A stretch of 64,000 nucleotides of DNA from assembly GCA_964406575.1 (NCBI GenBank), contig CAYOSH010000003.1, forward strand, positions 64,447 through 128,446. The letters run 5' to 3'. Position 1 is the stretch's first letter. Every line of letters starts with the position of its first letter. The position numbers were made by a program, and so were the translations under genes. Positions 7,937 to 17,567 of this stretch are shown in pieces. This stretch comes from an uncultured Eubacteriales bacterium (GTDB taxonomy: Bacteria; Acidobacteriota; Aminicenantia; Aminicenantales; Aminicenantaceae). The notes below the pieces were generated by a model. That model saw only the letters and a program-made list of their open reading frames with translations. It was not told the origin of the DNA and did not search any database.

Positions 7937-9281
7937 ACGCTTCCGAACAAACATCACAGTCCGGATCATTCTGTTGAGCCTTTTCTTATGCCTGTTTTTC
8001 TATCTTTTGTTCAAGACTGAACTGTTTGCCGCTCTGTTTATCTCAGCTGTCTTGTGTATTTACCAGACCTACTCATTGGTTCGTTATGTAGAGACAACAA
8101 ACAGGGACCTTTCTCGATTCTTTGAAACCATCCGGTATGAAGATTTTTCTCAAACTTTTAAAGATGACGGGCGAGGCAAATCCTTCTCTGAATTGCGGGC
8201 TGCATTTAATGACGTGTGCAATGCTTTCCGGAAGGCACGATCCGAGAAGGAGGAGCACTATCACTATCTCCAGACTGTCGTTCAGCACATCGGAGTGGGC
8301 CTTATCGCCTTTCGAAGGGACGGTGAAGTCGAACTCATTAACACGGCGGCGAAGAGACTGCTCAATGTTCCTCGGCTGAAAAACGTTAAAAACTTGGAAA
8401 CCTTAAGCAAAAAACTGGTCGAAAAACTCCTTCAACTCCGCTCGAAGGAAAGAGCTCTTGTGAAAGTCTATGACAATGGTGAACTCCTCTATTTGGCTCT
8501 GTATGCCACTGAATTCAGGCTAGCAGGACAAGACATATCCCTGGTTTCTATCCAAAATATTCAGAGCGAATTGGAAAAAACGGAAATCGAAGCCTGGCAA
8601 AAGCTCATCCGAGTGCTCACGCACGAGATCATGAATTCCATCACTCCAATATCCTCACTCGCCTCAACCATGAATGAGTTGATCGGAGAGGCTTTCTCCG
8701 GTGTGACTTCAGATTCTGAATCCGATCAAGAAATCCTCGATGATATCCGCCAAGCGATCAAAACAATTCAAAAAAGAAGTCAGGGATTGCTTCATTTCGT
8801 CGATGCCTACAGGAACCTCACTCTTATTCCGCAGCCAAATTTTCAAATTTTTCCGCTACAAGAGCTTTTTGCAAGGGTAGAGAAGCTGATGCAAGCGAAC
8901 ATCGAAGAGAAAGGGATCGACTTCGAAGCCAAAGTGGAACCCGAAAGCCTGGAGTTGACAGCGGATCCCGAGCTCATCGAACAAGTGTTGATCAACCTAC
9001 TCCTGAACGCCCTCCAGGCTCTCGAGCAGCGACAAGAGGCTCAGATCCGGCTGGAAGCCCGTCTCGATGACAGGGGGAGAATCCTTATCCAAGTCAAAGA
9101 TAACGGGCCGGGAATATCCAGGGAGAATTTGGATAAGATATTCATCCCTTTTTTCTCGACAAAAGACGGAGGCTCTGGAATCGGATTGAGCTTATCCCGA
9201 CAGATTATGCGTCTGCATAAAGGAACGATAAGTGCTCTGTCTAATCCTGATATCCAAACGATCTTCACGCTCAGGTTCTGA
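7926..9281 (+). CDS. Sensor histidine kinase (2 TM, HisKA + HATPase_c)
   Basis: Start moved to the ATG at 7926, which overlaps the regulator's stop (ATGGTTTATAA). TM helices follow MVYKRFRTN. H-box LTHEIMNSITPI, then DNGPGI and GGSGIGLS boxes. Confidence 0.85.
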   Translation: MVYKRFRTNITVRIILLSLFLCLFFYLLFKTELFAALFISAVLCIYQTYSLVRYVETTNRDLSRFFETIRYEDFSQTFKDDGRGKSFSELRAAFNDVCNAFRKARSEKEEHYHYLQTVVQHIGVGLIAFRRDGEVELINTAAKRLLNVPRLKNVKNLETLSKKLVEKLLQLRSKERALVKVYDNGELLYLALYATEFRLAGQDISLVSIQNIQSELEKTEIEAWQKLIRVLTHEIMNSITPISSLASTMNELIGEAFSGVTSDSESDQEILDDIRQAIKTIQKRSQGLLHFVDAYRNLTLIPQPNFQIFPLQELFARVEKLMQANIEEKGIDFEAKVEPESLELTADPELIEQVLINLLLNALQALEQRQEAQIRLEARLDDRGRILIQVKDNGPGISRENLDKIFIPFFSTKDGGSGIGLSLSRQIMRLHKGTISALSNPDIQTIFTLRF

Positions 9282-9411
9282 TCTTCCGTTTCCCATACGG
9301 TCCATTCGGGGGATGAACTCTATATGCAATTCGTAATGGTCAGTTCAGGGAACTGACTCTACAGCCTAAATTATCCGACGTTCCTAGGACCACGGATATG
9401 GAAATGCGTCC
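9280..9411 (+). mobile_element. MITE-like repeat, family B short copy (B5, ~132 bp)
   Basis: The left part CCGTTTCCCATACGGTCCATTCGGGGGATGAACTC matches the B2 left end (CGTTTCCCAAACGGTCCGTTCGGGGAATGGACTC). The right terminus CCACGGATATGGAAATGCGTCC matches the family right end. It contains an 8-bp perfect hairpin at 9339-9357. Confidence 0.6.
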
Positions 9412-9427
9412 TGGTAAAATTCGCAGA

Positions 9428-10828
9428 TCAATCGAGCTCATATTTTTGCAGATACTCAGGGACTGTGACCGCCCACTGGAACTTTGACTTGATATCCTCG
9501 GCAAGGCTAAAGGCCGCCTGTTTTTCCCCGTGCGTGATAAAAAGTTTCTTTGGAGGCGACTTGATAAAGCCGATCCACTTGAGCAGCTCATCTCTATCGG
9601 CATGTGCAGAAAATCCTTGGATCTGCCGGATCTGTGCCCGGACAGGATAGGTGTTTCCATGAATCCGAACTTCTGCCGTTCCCTCCAGGATCGACCGTCC
9701 CAAAGTCCCGCTGGCCTGATATCCTACAAAAAGTATAGTGGATTCCGGCCGGGATATGTTGTGCACGAGATGATGTTTTATTCGTCCTCCTGTACACATG
9801 CCTGATCCTGCCATGATCACACAGGACCCTCTGATAGAATTGATCGCCTTGGATTGCTCGACAGTATGGATCAGACGAAGTCCGGGAAAACTGAATGGAG
9901 ACTGCCCCCTATTAAAAAGCGCCCGTGCTTCCTTGTCGAGGTACTTTTTATACCGTTCGAAAACATGAGTGATATCCACGGCCATCGGACTGTCTAGAAA
10001 CATCATCAGGTAAGGAATCCGGTCCTTGCGCGCGAGTCGGCTCAGGCAATACATCACCTCTTGTGCCCTTTCAATGGCAAAAGTGGGGACAACGATGTTG
10101 CCTCCCGCTTTTATGGTATCGAGGATGGACATCTTCAAAAGATTCTCAGTACTGTCATAGTCCTCGTGATTGCGGTTTCCGTATGTGGACTCCATGATCA
10201 CATAATCAGCCTGGTCAAAAACGGAAGGGTCTCGAACAAGAGGCTTATCCCACTGTCCGATGTCTCCTGAGAAGACGAGCCGTCTGCGATTTTTATCTTC
10301 TTCAACTAACAATTCAACCATAGCAGCGCCAAGGATATGGCCCGCATCGTGCAGGCGTAACATCACTTTATCGTTGAGCGGATAGAGGCCATCATAGGGA
10401 ACGCTTTTTACCAGAGGAAAGGTTTTTTCCACATCTTTGACAGTGTACAGTGGGATCTCAGGATAAGGCCCTTTTCTCCCCTCTTTTTTGTGGCGCTTCT
10501 TTTTGTAGGCCGCGTCTTCTTCCTGAATCTCTGCCGCATCCCTTAGCACGATCTCGAGCATTTCCTGGGATGGAGAAGTGGTCAGGATCTGGCCAGAAAA
10601 TCCATCCCTCACAAGCTTGGGTACAAGACCGGAATGATCGAGATGAACATGAGTGAGGATGACAAAATCGATGTGCTCAGGGAGCACAGGAAAGGGATTC
10701 CAGTTCCGGATGCGATATTCCCTCTCCTGAAATAATCCACAATCCACGAGTACAAGGAGTCCTCCAGCCTCTAAAAGATAGCAGGACCCTGTTACCTGTT
10801 GGGTTGCACCCAGGAATTGTAACCGCAT
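9428..10828 (-). CDS. Beta-CASP MBL-fold RNA-metabolising hydrolase (RNase J/CPSF-like)
   Basis: Start moved to MRLQFLGATQQVTGSCYLLE. HVHLDHSG motif, with beta-CASP and C-terminal RNA-specificity-type sequence (FSAHADRDELL). Confidence 0.8.
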   Translation of the reverse strand: MRLQFLGATQQVTGSCYLLEAGGLLVLVDCGLFQEREYRIRNWNPFPVLPEHIDFVILTHVHLDHSGLVPKLVRDGFSGQILTTSPSQEMLEIVLRDAAEIQEEDAAYKKKRHKKEGRKGPYPEIPLYTVKDVEKTFPLVKSVPYDGLYPLNDKVMLRLHDAGHILGAAMVELLVEEDKNRRRLVFSGDIGQWDKPLVRDPSVFDQADYVIMESTYGNRNHEDYDSTENLLKMSILDTIKAGGNIVVPTFAIERAQEVMYCLSRLARKDRIPYLMMFLDSPMAVDITHVFERYKKYLDKEARALFNRGQSPFSFPGLRLIHTVEQSKAINSIRGSCVIMAGSGMCTGGRIKHHLVHNISRPESTILFVGYQASGTLGRSILEGTAEVRIHGNTYPVRAQIRQIQGFSAHADRDELLKWIGFIKSPPKKLFITHGEKQAAFSLAEDIKSKFQWAVTVPEYLQKYELD

Positions 10829-10830
10829 GA

Positions 10831-11349
10831 CTATTTCATCCCTGAGAAGAATGTTTGCGCGATGAGGCCTGCGATGGGAGGAAAGAAAAACGTGCAGACG
10901 AACCTGACGAATGTGAATTTCCATCCCATGATCCCAACCTCCATGGGGACACGCGCGATCGCCCACAGGGACCATGCCGTGACATAAGCGACCATAGTCC
11001 CGAATCCAGCCCCGGCTTTGAGAAGGCCTGCAGCCAGGGGCAAGCTCACATAAGGCCCTCCGGGAGTGATGCCGCCAGCAATCGTTCCGATGACAATGCC
11101 TCTTATACCTGAGGCATCCCCGATCAATCGATTGATCTGGGCCTGAGGCAGCATAACTTGAACCATCCCCGCCAGGATAAAGGCAAAAATCAGGAGGGGA
11201 AGGATCTCCGCGATCATCTTGAAAGAAAGTTTCATTCCTGTTATGTACTGTCCCTCCCCCCGGAAGTAGGCATAGACAAGAACTGCTAAGGCGAGAACGG
11301 CCATAATCAAAGTTGGTCCTAACATGCTCGAACTCCTCTTTGTGTCCAT
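10831..11349 (-). CDS. Half-size integral membrane permease (COG0701/DUF318-like)
   Basis: 172 aa and polytopic. The GGITPGGPYVSLPLAAGLLKAGAG motif is typical of this permease family. Confidence 0.6.
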   Translation of the reverse strand: MDTKRSSSMLGPTLIMAVLALAVLVYAYFRGEGQYITGMKLSFKMIAEILPLLIFAFILAGMVQVMLPQAQINRLIGDASGIRGIVIGTIAGGITPGGPYVSLPLAAGLLKAGAGFGTMVAYVTAWSLWAIARVPMEVGIMGWKFTFVRFVCTFFFPPIAGLIAQTFFSGMK

Positions 11350-11733
11350 TTTATTTTGCTGTATAAAGAGCTTCTTTCAAAGTGATCACTCGTTACCCTC
11401 TGAATCCCTGATCCCACCTCTCTTTTGTCCCTTCATTACGCCCATAAACACATTACCCGTATATATAAACTCTCTCCACTACTGTGCGATAGTGCAAGAA
11501 ATACCCTTTTTTATGTTTTTTCCTCGCACACGATGATCACCTTGCTAATAAACCCGGCTGGCCTGCTCTTCTGCAAAGCATTTGCCGGAGAAAATTATAA
11601 TTCACTCCTCACGTTCCACCCTGAGTCGAAGTCCCATGAGCACAAGCTCGTCCTGCCAGTAATCCGGCTAGATCGAATGAACAACAGATTTTATAATATG
11701 AGCACTCGACTAAGCAAATTTTTCCTTACATAT

Positions 11734-11969
11734 GTAAACATCCTCAGAACCGTGATGGCACATGCCCAATCACGTTATTTGGTGTTCCAATTTTTTGGTG
11801 GAGAAAACCGTGAGAAGGGCTGGACGGGCATGGTGTATCTCCCGAGTGGGAGATGTGAGGGAAGCCCGGATCCGAGCGAAGTTTCCTCGCTGCGGAAACT
11901 AAGTGTGTTTTCGAAATCTCCAATTGGAACTTTCGGAACGCCATTCATTACAGTTTTGGGGATGCTTCC
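11734..11969 (-). mobile_element. MITE-like repeat, family B copy (B3, 236 bp)
   Basis: Plus-strand termini are GTAAACATCCTCAGAACCGTGATGG ... GGGGATGCTTCC. Flanking 9-mers CTTACATAT and CTTGCATAG match 7/9. The internal core GTCCAGCCCTTCTCACGGTTTTCTCCAC (minus strand) is shared with B1. Confidence 0.75.
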
Positions 11970-12099
11970 CTTGCATAGGAAAAGATATCCTTTGCATACT
12001 CACGGGACACTGATGATCTGGGGTGTGTTTTCAGTTTTTGTAATGGAGAAATAACACAAGCTATCTTGAAAAAATGCGAGTCCTCCAGAATAGTCTAAC

Positions 12100-12273
12100 T
12101 CAAGATTCTTCTGTTTTTTTGTTCTCTTTCTTCTTATCCTCTTCCCAAAAAGCCAAACAACTAGTATCACAGAAGTGGAGAACATATCCCCCTCCCTCTG
12201 CATTGAGGGCGGCCGCCTTGGGAATCATTTTTTTACACACATGACAGGCAATTTTTTCGTTATCTTCGCTCAT
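12100..12273 (-). CDS. Small Cys-rich protein, DUF3330-like (57 aa)
   Basis: Below the ORF-track size cutoff. My translation is MSEDNEKIACHVCKKMIPKAAALNAEGGGYVLHFCDTSCLAFWEEDKKKENKKTEES. The pattern CxVCxK.IP...A......YV.HFC...C...W matches my memory of DUF3330. Confidence 0.55.
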   Translation of the reverse strand: MSEDNEKIACHVCKKMIPKAAALNAEGGGYVLHFCDTSCLAFWEEDKKKENKKTEES

Positions 12274-12343
12274 TGTTTAACCTTTCGATAGTTTAACATC
12301 CTTTATAACATCCGAATGAGATGAATTCAAGTTCATGTGCCTA

Positions 12344-13198
12344 TTATGCCGGGAGAGGTTCAAAAGTGTACTTCTCTTTGATTTTTTTGACTCTTCCAAA
12401 ATAATAGTGGGGATCATGATCGAATGCGATGATCCAATTTTCTCTCACAGCTTGATCGAAAAACCAGGCCTTCGTTTCAAGGGTTGTGACCGGGAAGAGG
12501 TCATAGCTGGCGATATACCCTAATCCTAAATGGGCAGATGTGGGAACCATATCCCCGAAAAAGACGAGTGTATCGTTTCCCGACTGAACTTTCACACCTT
12601 GATGGGAGGATGTATGCCCGGGCATGAGTATAACATGAACACCGTTCACGATTTTTGTGTCGCCCTCCACCAGATGGAGTCGGCCATGTTCCTCGAGGGG
12701 CAAAAAAGTGTCTCTGAAATAGCTCACTCTATCCCTAGAAAGAGGATTCAAAGCGTATTTCCATTCGCCCTTTTGGATGATATAGGCAGCATTCGGGAAT
12801 GTGGGAACGACATCGCCTTGGGCGTTTTTACGCGTATTTCCTCCGCAATGGTCAAAATGGAGGTGGGTGTTTATCACATGCGTTACCTCTTCAGGGGTAA
12901 ATCCAATGGCTTTCAGCGATTCGAGCAGACCAGGTTCTCTCTCGATGGCATAGTATTGGGTGAACTTGGCAGGGATCAAAGTGCCAACCCCTGTATCGAT
13001 AAGGATCAGCTCTTTATCAGTTTTTATAAGGATGGAGTTAAGCCCCATTTGAATTCTGTTCGATTCATCCGCAGGGAACAGCCTTTCCCACAGAGGTTTG
13101 GGAACGACTCCGAACATGGCTCCCCCATCGAGATAGAAGAATCCATCTCTAAGTCCATAGACTTCAAATCGACCTAAGGTGATCTTATGGGGGGTCAT
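12344..13198 (-). CDS. MBL-fold metallo-hydrolase
   Basis: HLHFDHCGG (HxHxDH) motif, later PGHTSSH. The start overlaps the nuoI stop by 4 nt. Confidence 0.8.
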   Translation of the reverse strand: MTPHKITLGRFEVYGLRDGFFYLDGGAMFGVVPKPLWERLFPADESNRIQMGLNSILIKTDKELILIDTGVGTLIPAKFTQYYAIEREPGLLESLKAIGFTPEEVTHVINTHLHFDHCGGNTRKNAQGDVVPTFPNAAYIIQKGEWKYALNPLSRDRVSYFRDTFLPLEEHGRLHLVEGDTKIVNGVHVILMPGHTSSHQGVKVQSGNDTLVFFGDMVPTSAHLGLGYIASYDLFPVTTLETKAWFFDQAVRENWIIAFDHDPHYYFGRVKKIKEKYTFEPLPA

Positions 13199-13668
13199 CT
13201 AATGAGCTTGTCCAGATCGTAGATCAATGCCTCTCGCGAATACTCTGCGATCTCGACTTCGTCGGTATCCATTCGGATGGCATCTTCTGGACAAGCCTCA
13301 ACACAAAATCCGCAGAAACAGCACCGCGTGAGATCGATGATGAATGTGGAAGGGTATTTCTGGATTTGCGGATCGGGATCCTCTGTGGCCTCGATGTAGA
13401 TACACTCGGATGGACAAACTGTAGCACACAACATGCAGGCTACACAACGAGGCTTGCCGTCTTCACGCTTCATCAACCGATGGAGGCTGCGATGTCTGGT
13501 TGCGATTTTGACTCTCTCCTCCGGGTATTGTATGGTGACAGCCCCTTTCCTTTTGGTCTTGATCCGGAAGAGTTTGAGGATATGGAAATACATGTTCACG
13601 ACAAAATGCCGTGTGGTGATGATACTTCCCTTAATAAGTTCGATGAAATATCCAAGTGCTTTTATCAT
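13195..13668 (-). CDS. nuoI: NADH-quinone oxidoreductase subunit I
   Basis: Two 4Fe-4S motifs, CVACMLCATVCP and CCFCGFCVEACP. Position is after nuoH. Confidence 0.9.
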   Translation of the reverse strand: MIKALGYFIELIKGSIITTRHFVVNMYFHILKLFRIKTKRKGAVTIQYPEERVKIATRHRSLHRLMKREDGKPRCVACMLCATVCPSECIYIEATEDPDPQIQKYPSTFIIDLTRCCFCGFCVEACPEDAIRMDTDEVEIAEYSREALIYDLDKLIR

Positions 13669-13672
13669 TTGT

Positions 13673-14746
13673 TTATAAGCTCATCAGAATAGCTGTTGCC
13701 ACAATATTAAAGAGGCTCAATGGGATGAGCAATTTCCATCCCAAATCCATCAACTGGTCGTAGCGGAATCGCGGGTAGGTCCAGCGAACGAGAATCTGGA
13801 ACCAACAGAAAAAGAAAACTTTGAGATTGAAGGACAAAACCTGGAATGCCACTACGACCCCATGAGGGAGAAGCCACTGACCACCCCAGGGAAATTGGAA
13901 TCCATCCGGGTACAACCACGGGACTTGCCACCCACCAAAAAAGAGTGTTGTGAGCAGACAAGCGACGATCAGGACCTTCATAAAGTCCGTGAACATGTAA
14001 AGCCCCCACTTGAGGCCGCTGTATTCTGTAAAAAAACCGATGATTTCAGACTCCCCCTCCGGAAGGTCAAAGGGAACTCTCTCTGACTCAGCCACTGCTG
14101 CGAAGAGGAAGATGATGAATCCTAAGGGCTGAAGCAATATCCCCCACTTCGGCAACCATTCAAAAAGGAGCTGGCCCTGGTAGTGAACGAGATTGGACAG
14201 TGTGAGTGAGGGGAACACCATGATCAGACCAATCAGTGACAGCCCGAGAGCTACCTCATAAGAGACGAGTTGGGCAGCTCCTCTTAAGCCGCCCAAAAGG
14301 GTCCAGCGGCTGTTTGAGGCCCAACCGCTCAAAATGACACCGTAGATACTCATAGAAAGCATGGCCAAAATAAAGAGCAGGCCCACGTTGATATCCAGGA
14401 CCTGCAGTTTGATCTCTCTCCCCCCCAAGCGGAGGCTATCTCCAAAGGGGACAACCGCTACCGTAACCAACACAAAAAAGAATGACAGGAACGGAGATAG
14501 ATTGTGGATGAATCTTCTGGAGAAGACTGGAGTGAAATCCTCCTTGAAGAACATTTTTATCGCATCAGCAAAGGGCTGAAAAAGGCCGATGATCCGGAAC
14601 TTCCAGATGTTGGCCCTGTTCGCTCCAATCCTATCCTGCATGACAGCGCTTTCTTTCCGTTCGGCCCAAGTTAGATAGAGCGCGAGCACCAAAAACCACA
14701 TCATGGCAAAGACGACCTTGATCAACACGATAAGTATGTCTATCAT
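13673..14746 (-). CDS. nuoH: NADH-quinone oxidoreductase subunit H
   Basis: Polytopic, 357 aa. Sequences AERKESAVMQDRIGANR and AESERVPFDLPEGESE are hallmarks of NuoH/ND1. Confidence 0.9.
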   Translation of the reverse strand: MIDILIVLIKVVFAMMWFLVLALYLTWAERKESAVMQDRIGANRANIWKFRIIGLFQPFADAIKMFFKEDFTPVFSRRFIHNLSPFLSFFFVLVTVAVVPFGDSLRLGGREIKLQVLDINVGLLFILAMLSMSIYGVILSGWASNSRWTLLGGLRGAAQLVSYEVALGLSLIGLIMVFPSLTLSNLVHYQGQLLFEWLPKWGILLQPLGFIIFLFAAVAESERVPFDLPEGESEIIGFFTEYSGLKWGLYMFTDFMKVLIVACLLTTLFFGGWQVPWLYPDGFQFPWGGQWLLPHGVVVAFQVLSFNLKVFFFCWFQILVRWTYPRFRYDQLMDLGWKLLIPLSLFNIVATAILMSL

Positions 14747-16290
14747 TGTCTCTTCTTAAAGAACGCGATTTCTTTACCCATTTCTTCCAGAATCACAGCC
14801 GGCGACGTGAATGTTTTGACGCTGAAATCAGCATTCATCAATTTTGCCAAGTCGATGAGGATCTTCCATTCGGGTTGTGACTCCCCTATTCCTTCAAGGA
14901 CAGGCGCAAATTCCTGAACGATCCCGTCCACATTCGTTAAAGAGCCGGACTTTTCTGGAATCACAGCTGTCGGTAAGATAATATCCATGAGTGCATCCAA
15001 ATCACTGGAGTGAGGGGTTAAAAGGATTTTGGTCTCTATTTTATCGAGATGAGTCTTGACCTCCCCGGAATCTGTCTGTCCAGTTAAAAAGCTTCCGAAT
15101 ATCAAGAGTATATCTGTATTCCCTGAAAGTTCACTCCAATCCAGCGGCCTTAAATCAAAACCGATCTCTACTGCACCTTTTCTGTTTGGCGTGCGTTCCG
15201 CTGTTAGCAGCACGTCATCCGCTTCTCCATGGGGTGGATCTACAAAGAAGATATTCTCTGCCTGGAAGTAATCGACAAACAGCTTTTTCAAAAGGAACAA
15301 TTCCTCATTGGTCAACCACGTATTCATGATGATGGCTAAATGAGAGGTATTATCCATATCTTTGAGTCGCCTCATTTTCTTTGCGATCAAAGGAATTGCA
15401 CTTTCCCAAGAGAGTTGAGTGTTATCGTTATTGAAGATAATTTTATCGCACCGATTTTTATCAATGTAGGGGTATGCATATCGCCCGATATCACAGATCC
15501 AATAGCCATTGATATCCGGATTTGTCCTTGAATTGACCCGGAATACGCGCTTGGGCACAGGGAAACGGTGAAAAGCGCTGTTGTAATGGATCGAGACACT
15601 GCATCCGCGGCTGCAATGAGGACAGATGGAATCGCCTTCCGCAAGGAACCAGCTCCTTGTCTTGAACCGAAAATCAGAATCGGTAATGGCGCCCACGGGA
15701 CATATTTCAGCCAGGTTCCCCGAATAATTGTTATCAATATTTATCTCATCCAGGATATTGACCTCTGTATGGTTACCTCTCTCAAAAACACCCATTTCGC
15801 GGGTGCCCGTGACTTCCCGCAAAAACCGCACGCAACGCCTGCACAAAACACAGCGCTCCTGGTCGTGGATGAGATTTTTGGCGATCTGGGCTTTCTTACG
15901 CCTTTTCTCCTTGACTTCTCTGAACTGACTATCGAAAAGCCCATACTCCTCATAATAGTCTTGGAGTTTGCACTCTCCCGCTTGATCGCAGATGGGACAA
16001 TCCAGAGGATGTTCAGCGCAAAGGAACTCCAAAACACCTTTTCTCGCCTCGACGACTCTCTCGTTCCTGGTGAAGATCTTCATTCCTTCTCGGACTTGTG
16101 TTGAACAGGCCAGCTCGAGCTTGGGCACGCCTTCTATTTCGACCAAGCACATGCGACAGGTTCCCTCAGGCTCAAAGGCAGGGTGATAACAGAGATGGGG
16201 GATTGGAATTCCCGCTTCTTGGGCAGCCTTGAAGATAGTCGCACCCTCTTTGGTTTCAACCGGTTTTTCATCTATGAAAATCTTTACCAT
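14743..16290 (-). CDS. nuoG: NADH-quinone oxidoreductase subunit G, short form (515 aa)
   Basis: Start moved to MVKIFIDEKPVETKEG, 14 nt after the nuoF stop. N-terminal 2Fe-2S and 4Fe-4S Cys motifs (CYHPAFEPEGTCRMC, CPICDQAGEC) are followed by a truncated molybdopterin-like domain. Confidence 0.85.
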   Translation of the reverse strand: MVKIFIDEKPVETKEGATIFKAAQEAGIPIPHLCYHPAFEPEGTCRMCLVEIEGVPKLELACSTQVREGMKIFTRNERVVEARKGVLEFLCAEHPLDCPICDQAGECKLQDYYEEYGLFDSQFREVKEKRRKKAQIAKNLIHDQERCVLCRRCVRFLREVTGTREMGVFERGNHTEVNILDEINIDNNYSGNLAEICPVGAITDSDFRFKTRSWFLAEGDSICPHCSRGCSVSIHYNSAFHRFPVPKRVFRVNSRTNPDINGYWICDIGRYAYPYIDKNRCDKIIFNNDNTQLSWESAIPLIAKKMRRLKDMDNTSHLAIIMNTWLTNEELFLLKKLFVDYFQAENIFFVDPPHGEADDVLLTAERTPNRKGAVEIGFDLRPLDWSELSGNTDILLIFGSFLTGQTDSGEVKTHLDKIETKILLTPHSSDLDALMDIILPTAVIPEKSGSLTNVDGIVQEFAPVLEGIGESQPEWKILIDLAKLMNADFSVKTFTSPAVILEEMGKEIAFFKKRQ

Positions 16291-16304
16291 CGGCTCTTTT
16301 GATC

Positions 16305-17558
16305 CTATCCTTGACCCTTGATGTGAGATTCCAGTTCCTCCCTGAATTTCTGGGTGATCGAAAGTATGGGCATAGCTGCTGCATCCCCCAGAGGACACAG
16401 GGTTTTTCCCAATATATTGGATGCGACCCGGATGATGTTATCGATATCTCCTTTTTGGCCTGCGCCATTCGCCATACGATCAACTGTCTTCCGAATCCAG
16501 GCATTTCCGATCCGGCAAGGGGTGCACTGTCCGCATGATTCATGGGAATAAAACTTCGCCACAAGCCTCAACACTTCGAGCATAGAGGTATCCTGGTCAA
16601 TAACAATAATGGCGCCAGACCCGAGCATGGATTTTGCCTCCACGAGAGAATCAAAGTCCATGGCGACATTTATTTCATCAGCCGTCAACACGGGCGCCGA
16701 CATGCCGCCGGGGATGACCGCTTTCAGCTTTTTCCCCTTTTTCATGCCCCCAGCATGTTCAAAGATGATATCCTTGAGGGGCGTCCCAATCGGGAGTTCG
16801 TAAATCCCGGGCTTGGCGACCATCCCGCTCACACCAAAAATGCGTGTTCCTCCATCCTTGGGCAATCCCTTCTGTTTGAACCAATCTGCTCCATTCAAGA
16901 TGATGAGAGGGACATTGGCCAGGGTCTCGATGTTGTTGATCACCGTAGGACATTTAAAAAGGCCAATAGAAGCCGGGAACGGAGGCTTGAGCCGGGGATT
17001 CCCCCGCTTCCCTTCGAGGGATTCCAGCAAAGCCGTTTCTTCACCACAAATGTATGCGCCTGCTCCCCTATGGACATAAACATCGAGGTCAAAACCACTC
17101 CCCAGAATGTCTTTTCCGAGATATCCTTTTGCATAAGCTTCGGCTATCGCTTCTTCAAGTCTGAGCGCTATAACCTCATATTCTCCGCGGATGTAGATGT
17201 ACGCAGTGTGAATCCCAACACAATAGGAGCTGATGATGATCCCTTCCAGCAGCAGATGCGGATTATGCGTCATGATGTAGCGGTCTTTGAAGGTTCCAGG
17301 CTCGCCCTCATCGGCATTTACACATAGATACTTGGGTTTATCCACAGTTTTCGGGACAAATCCCCACTTGACTCCTGCAGGAAAGCCTGCGCCTCCTCTT
17401 CCTCGCAGATTCGCGGCTTTAACTTCCTCAAGGATCTGCTCAGGAGTCATTTCTTTCAGCGCTTTCTGAATAGCCCGGTATCCATTTTTTTGGATGTAGA
17501 TATCGATGGTGTGGGCGTTTTCCACGTCAAAAAGCTTTGTTAAAAGTTTCTCTGCCAC
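16305..17558 (-). CDS. nuoF: NADH-quinone oxidoreductase subunit F
   Basis: GRGGAGFPAGVKW (FMN/NADH site) and ESCGQCTPCR (N3 cluster). Confidence 0.92.
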   Translation of the reverse strand: MAEKLLTKLFDVENAHTIDIYIQKNGYRAIQKALKEMTPEQILEEVKAANLRGRGGAGFPAGVKWGFVPKTVDKPKYLCVNADEGEPGTFKDRYIMTHNPHLLLEGIIISSYCVGIHTAYIYIRGEYEVIALRLEEAIAEAYAKGYLGKDILGSGFDLDVYVHRGAGAYICGEETALLESLEGKRGNPRLKPPFPASIGLFKCPTVINNIETLANVPLIILNGADWFKQKGLPKDGGTRIFGVSGMVAKPGIYELPIGTPLKDIIFEHAGGMKKGKKLKAVIPGGMSAPVLTADEINVAMDFDSLVEAKSMLGSGAIIVIDQDTSMLEVLRLVAKFYSHESCGQCTPCRIGNAWIRKTVDRMANGAGQKGDIDNIIRVASNILGKTLCPLGDAAAMPILSITQKFREELESHIKGQG

Positions 17559-17567
17559 TGTTTTTTC

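Noticed and set aside
9339-9357. A perfect 8-bp hairpin between convergent genes, considered as a bidirectional Rho-independent terminator.
   Set aside because: No U/T tract follows it on either strand, and it lies inside repeat B5. It is kept only as part of the observation that MITEs sit at gene ends.
10829-10975. N-terminal extensions offered by the ORF track for several genes: 10975, 16398, 18149, 7719, 33721, 34781, 39959, 43801, 4026.
   Set aside because: In each case an internal Met gives the canonical family N-terminus, a signal peptide or an RBS, and removes overlap with the upstream gene. The extensions overlap neighbouring coding sequence in another frame.
11750-11960. A structured-looking segment (GGTGGAGAAAACCGTGAGAAGGGC..., hairpins ATCTCCCGAGTGGGAGAT and GCGAGGAAACTTCGC) that I first considered as a cobalamin-like or other riboswitch, or RNase P/SRP-type RNA.
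   Set aside because: It does not fit the conserved cores of those RNAs as I remember them. The same sequence recurs at 51540-51580 and 55345-55400 inside family B repeats, so it is part of the mobile element.
11425-12054. A 209-aa plus-strand ORF in the large gap.
   Set aside because: It runs straight through MITE B3, has no recognisable motifs, has an odd composition, and has no RBS. It is most likely spurious.
16542-17327. Long antisense ORFs inside well-supported genes, e.g. 16542-17327 (+) in nuoF, 12530-13177 (+) in the MBL gene, 51848-52522 (-) in miaB, 18623-19168 (+) in nuoD, and 54173-54712 (-) in hppA.
   Set aside because: They are shadow ORFs opposite strongly motif-supported genes. 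Their translations are low-complexity and Arg/Ser/Gly-rich with no family motifs.
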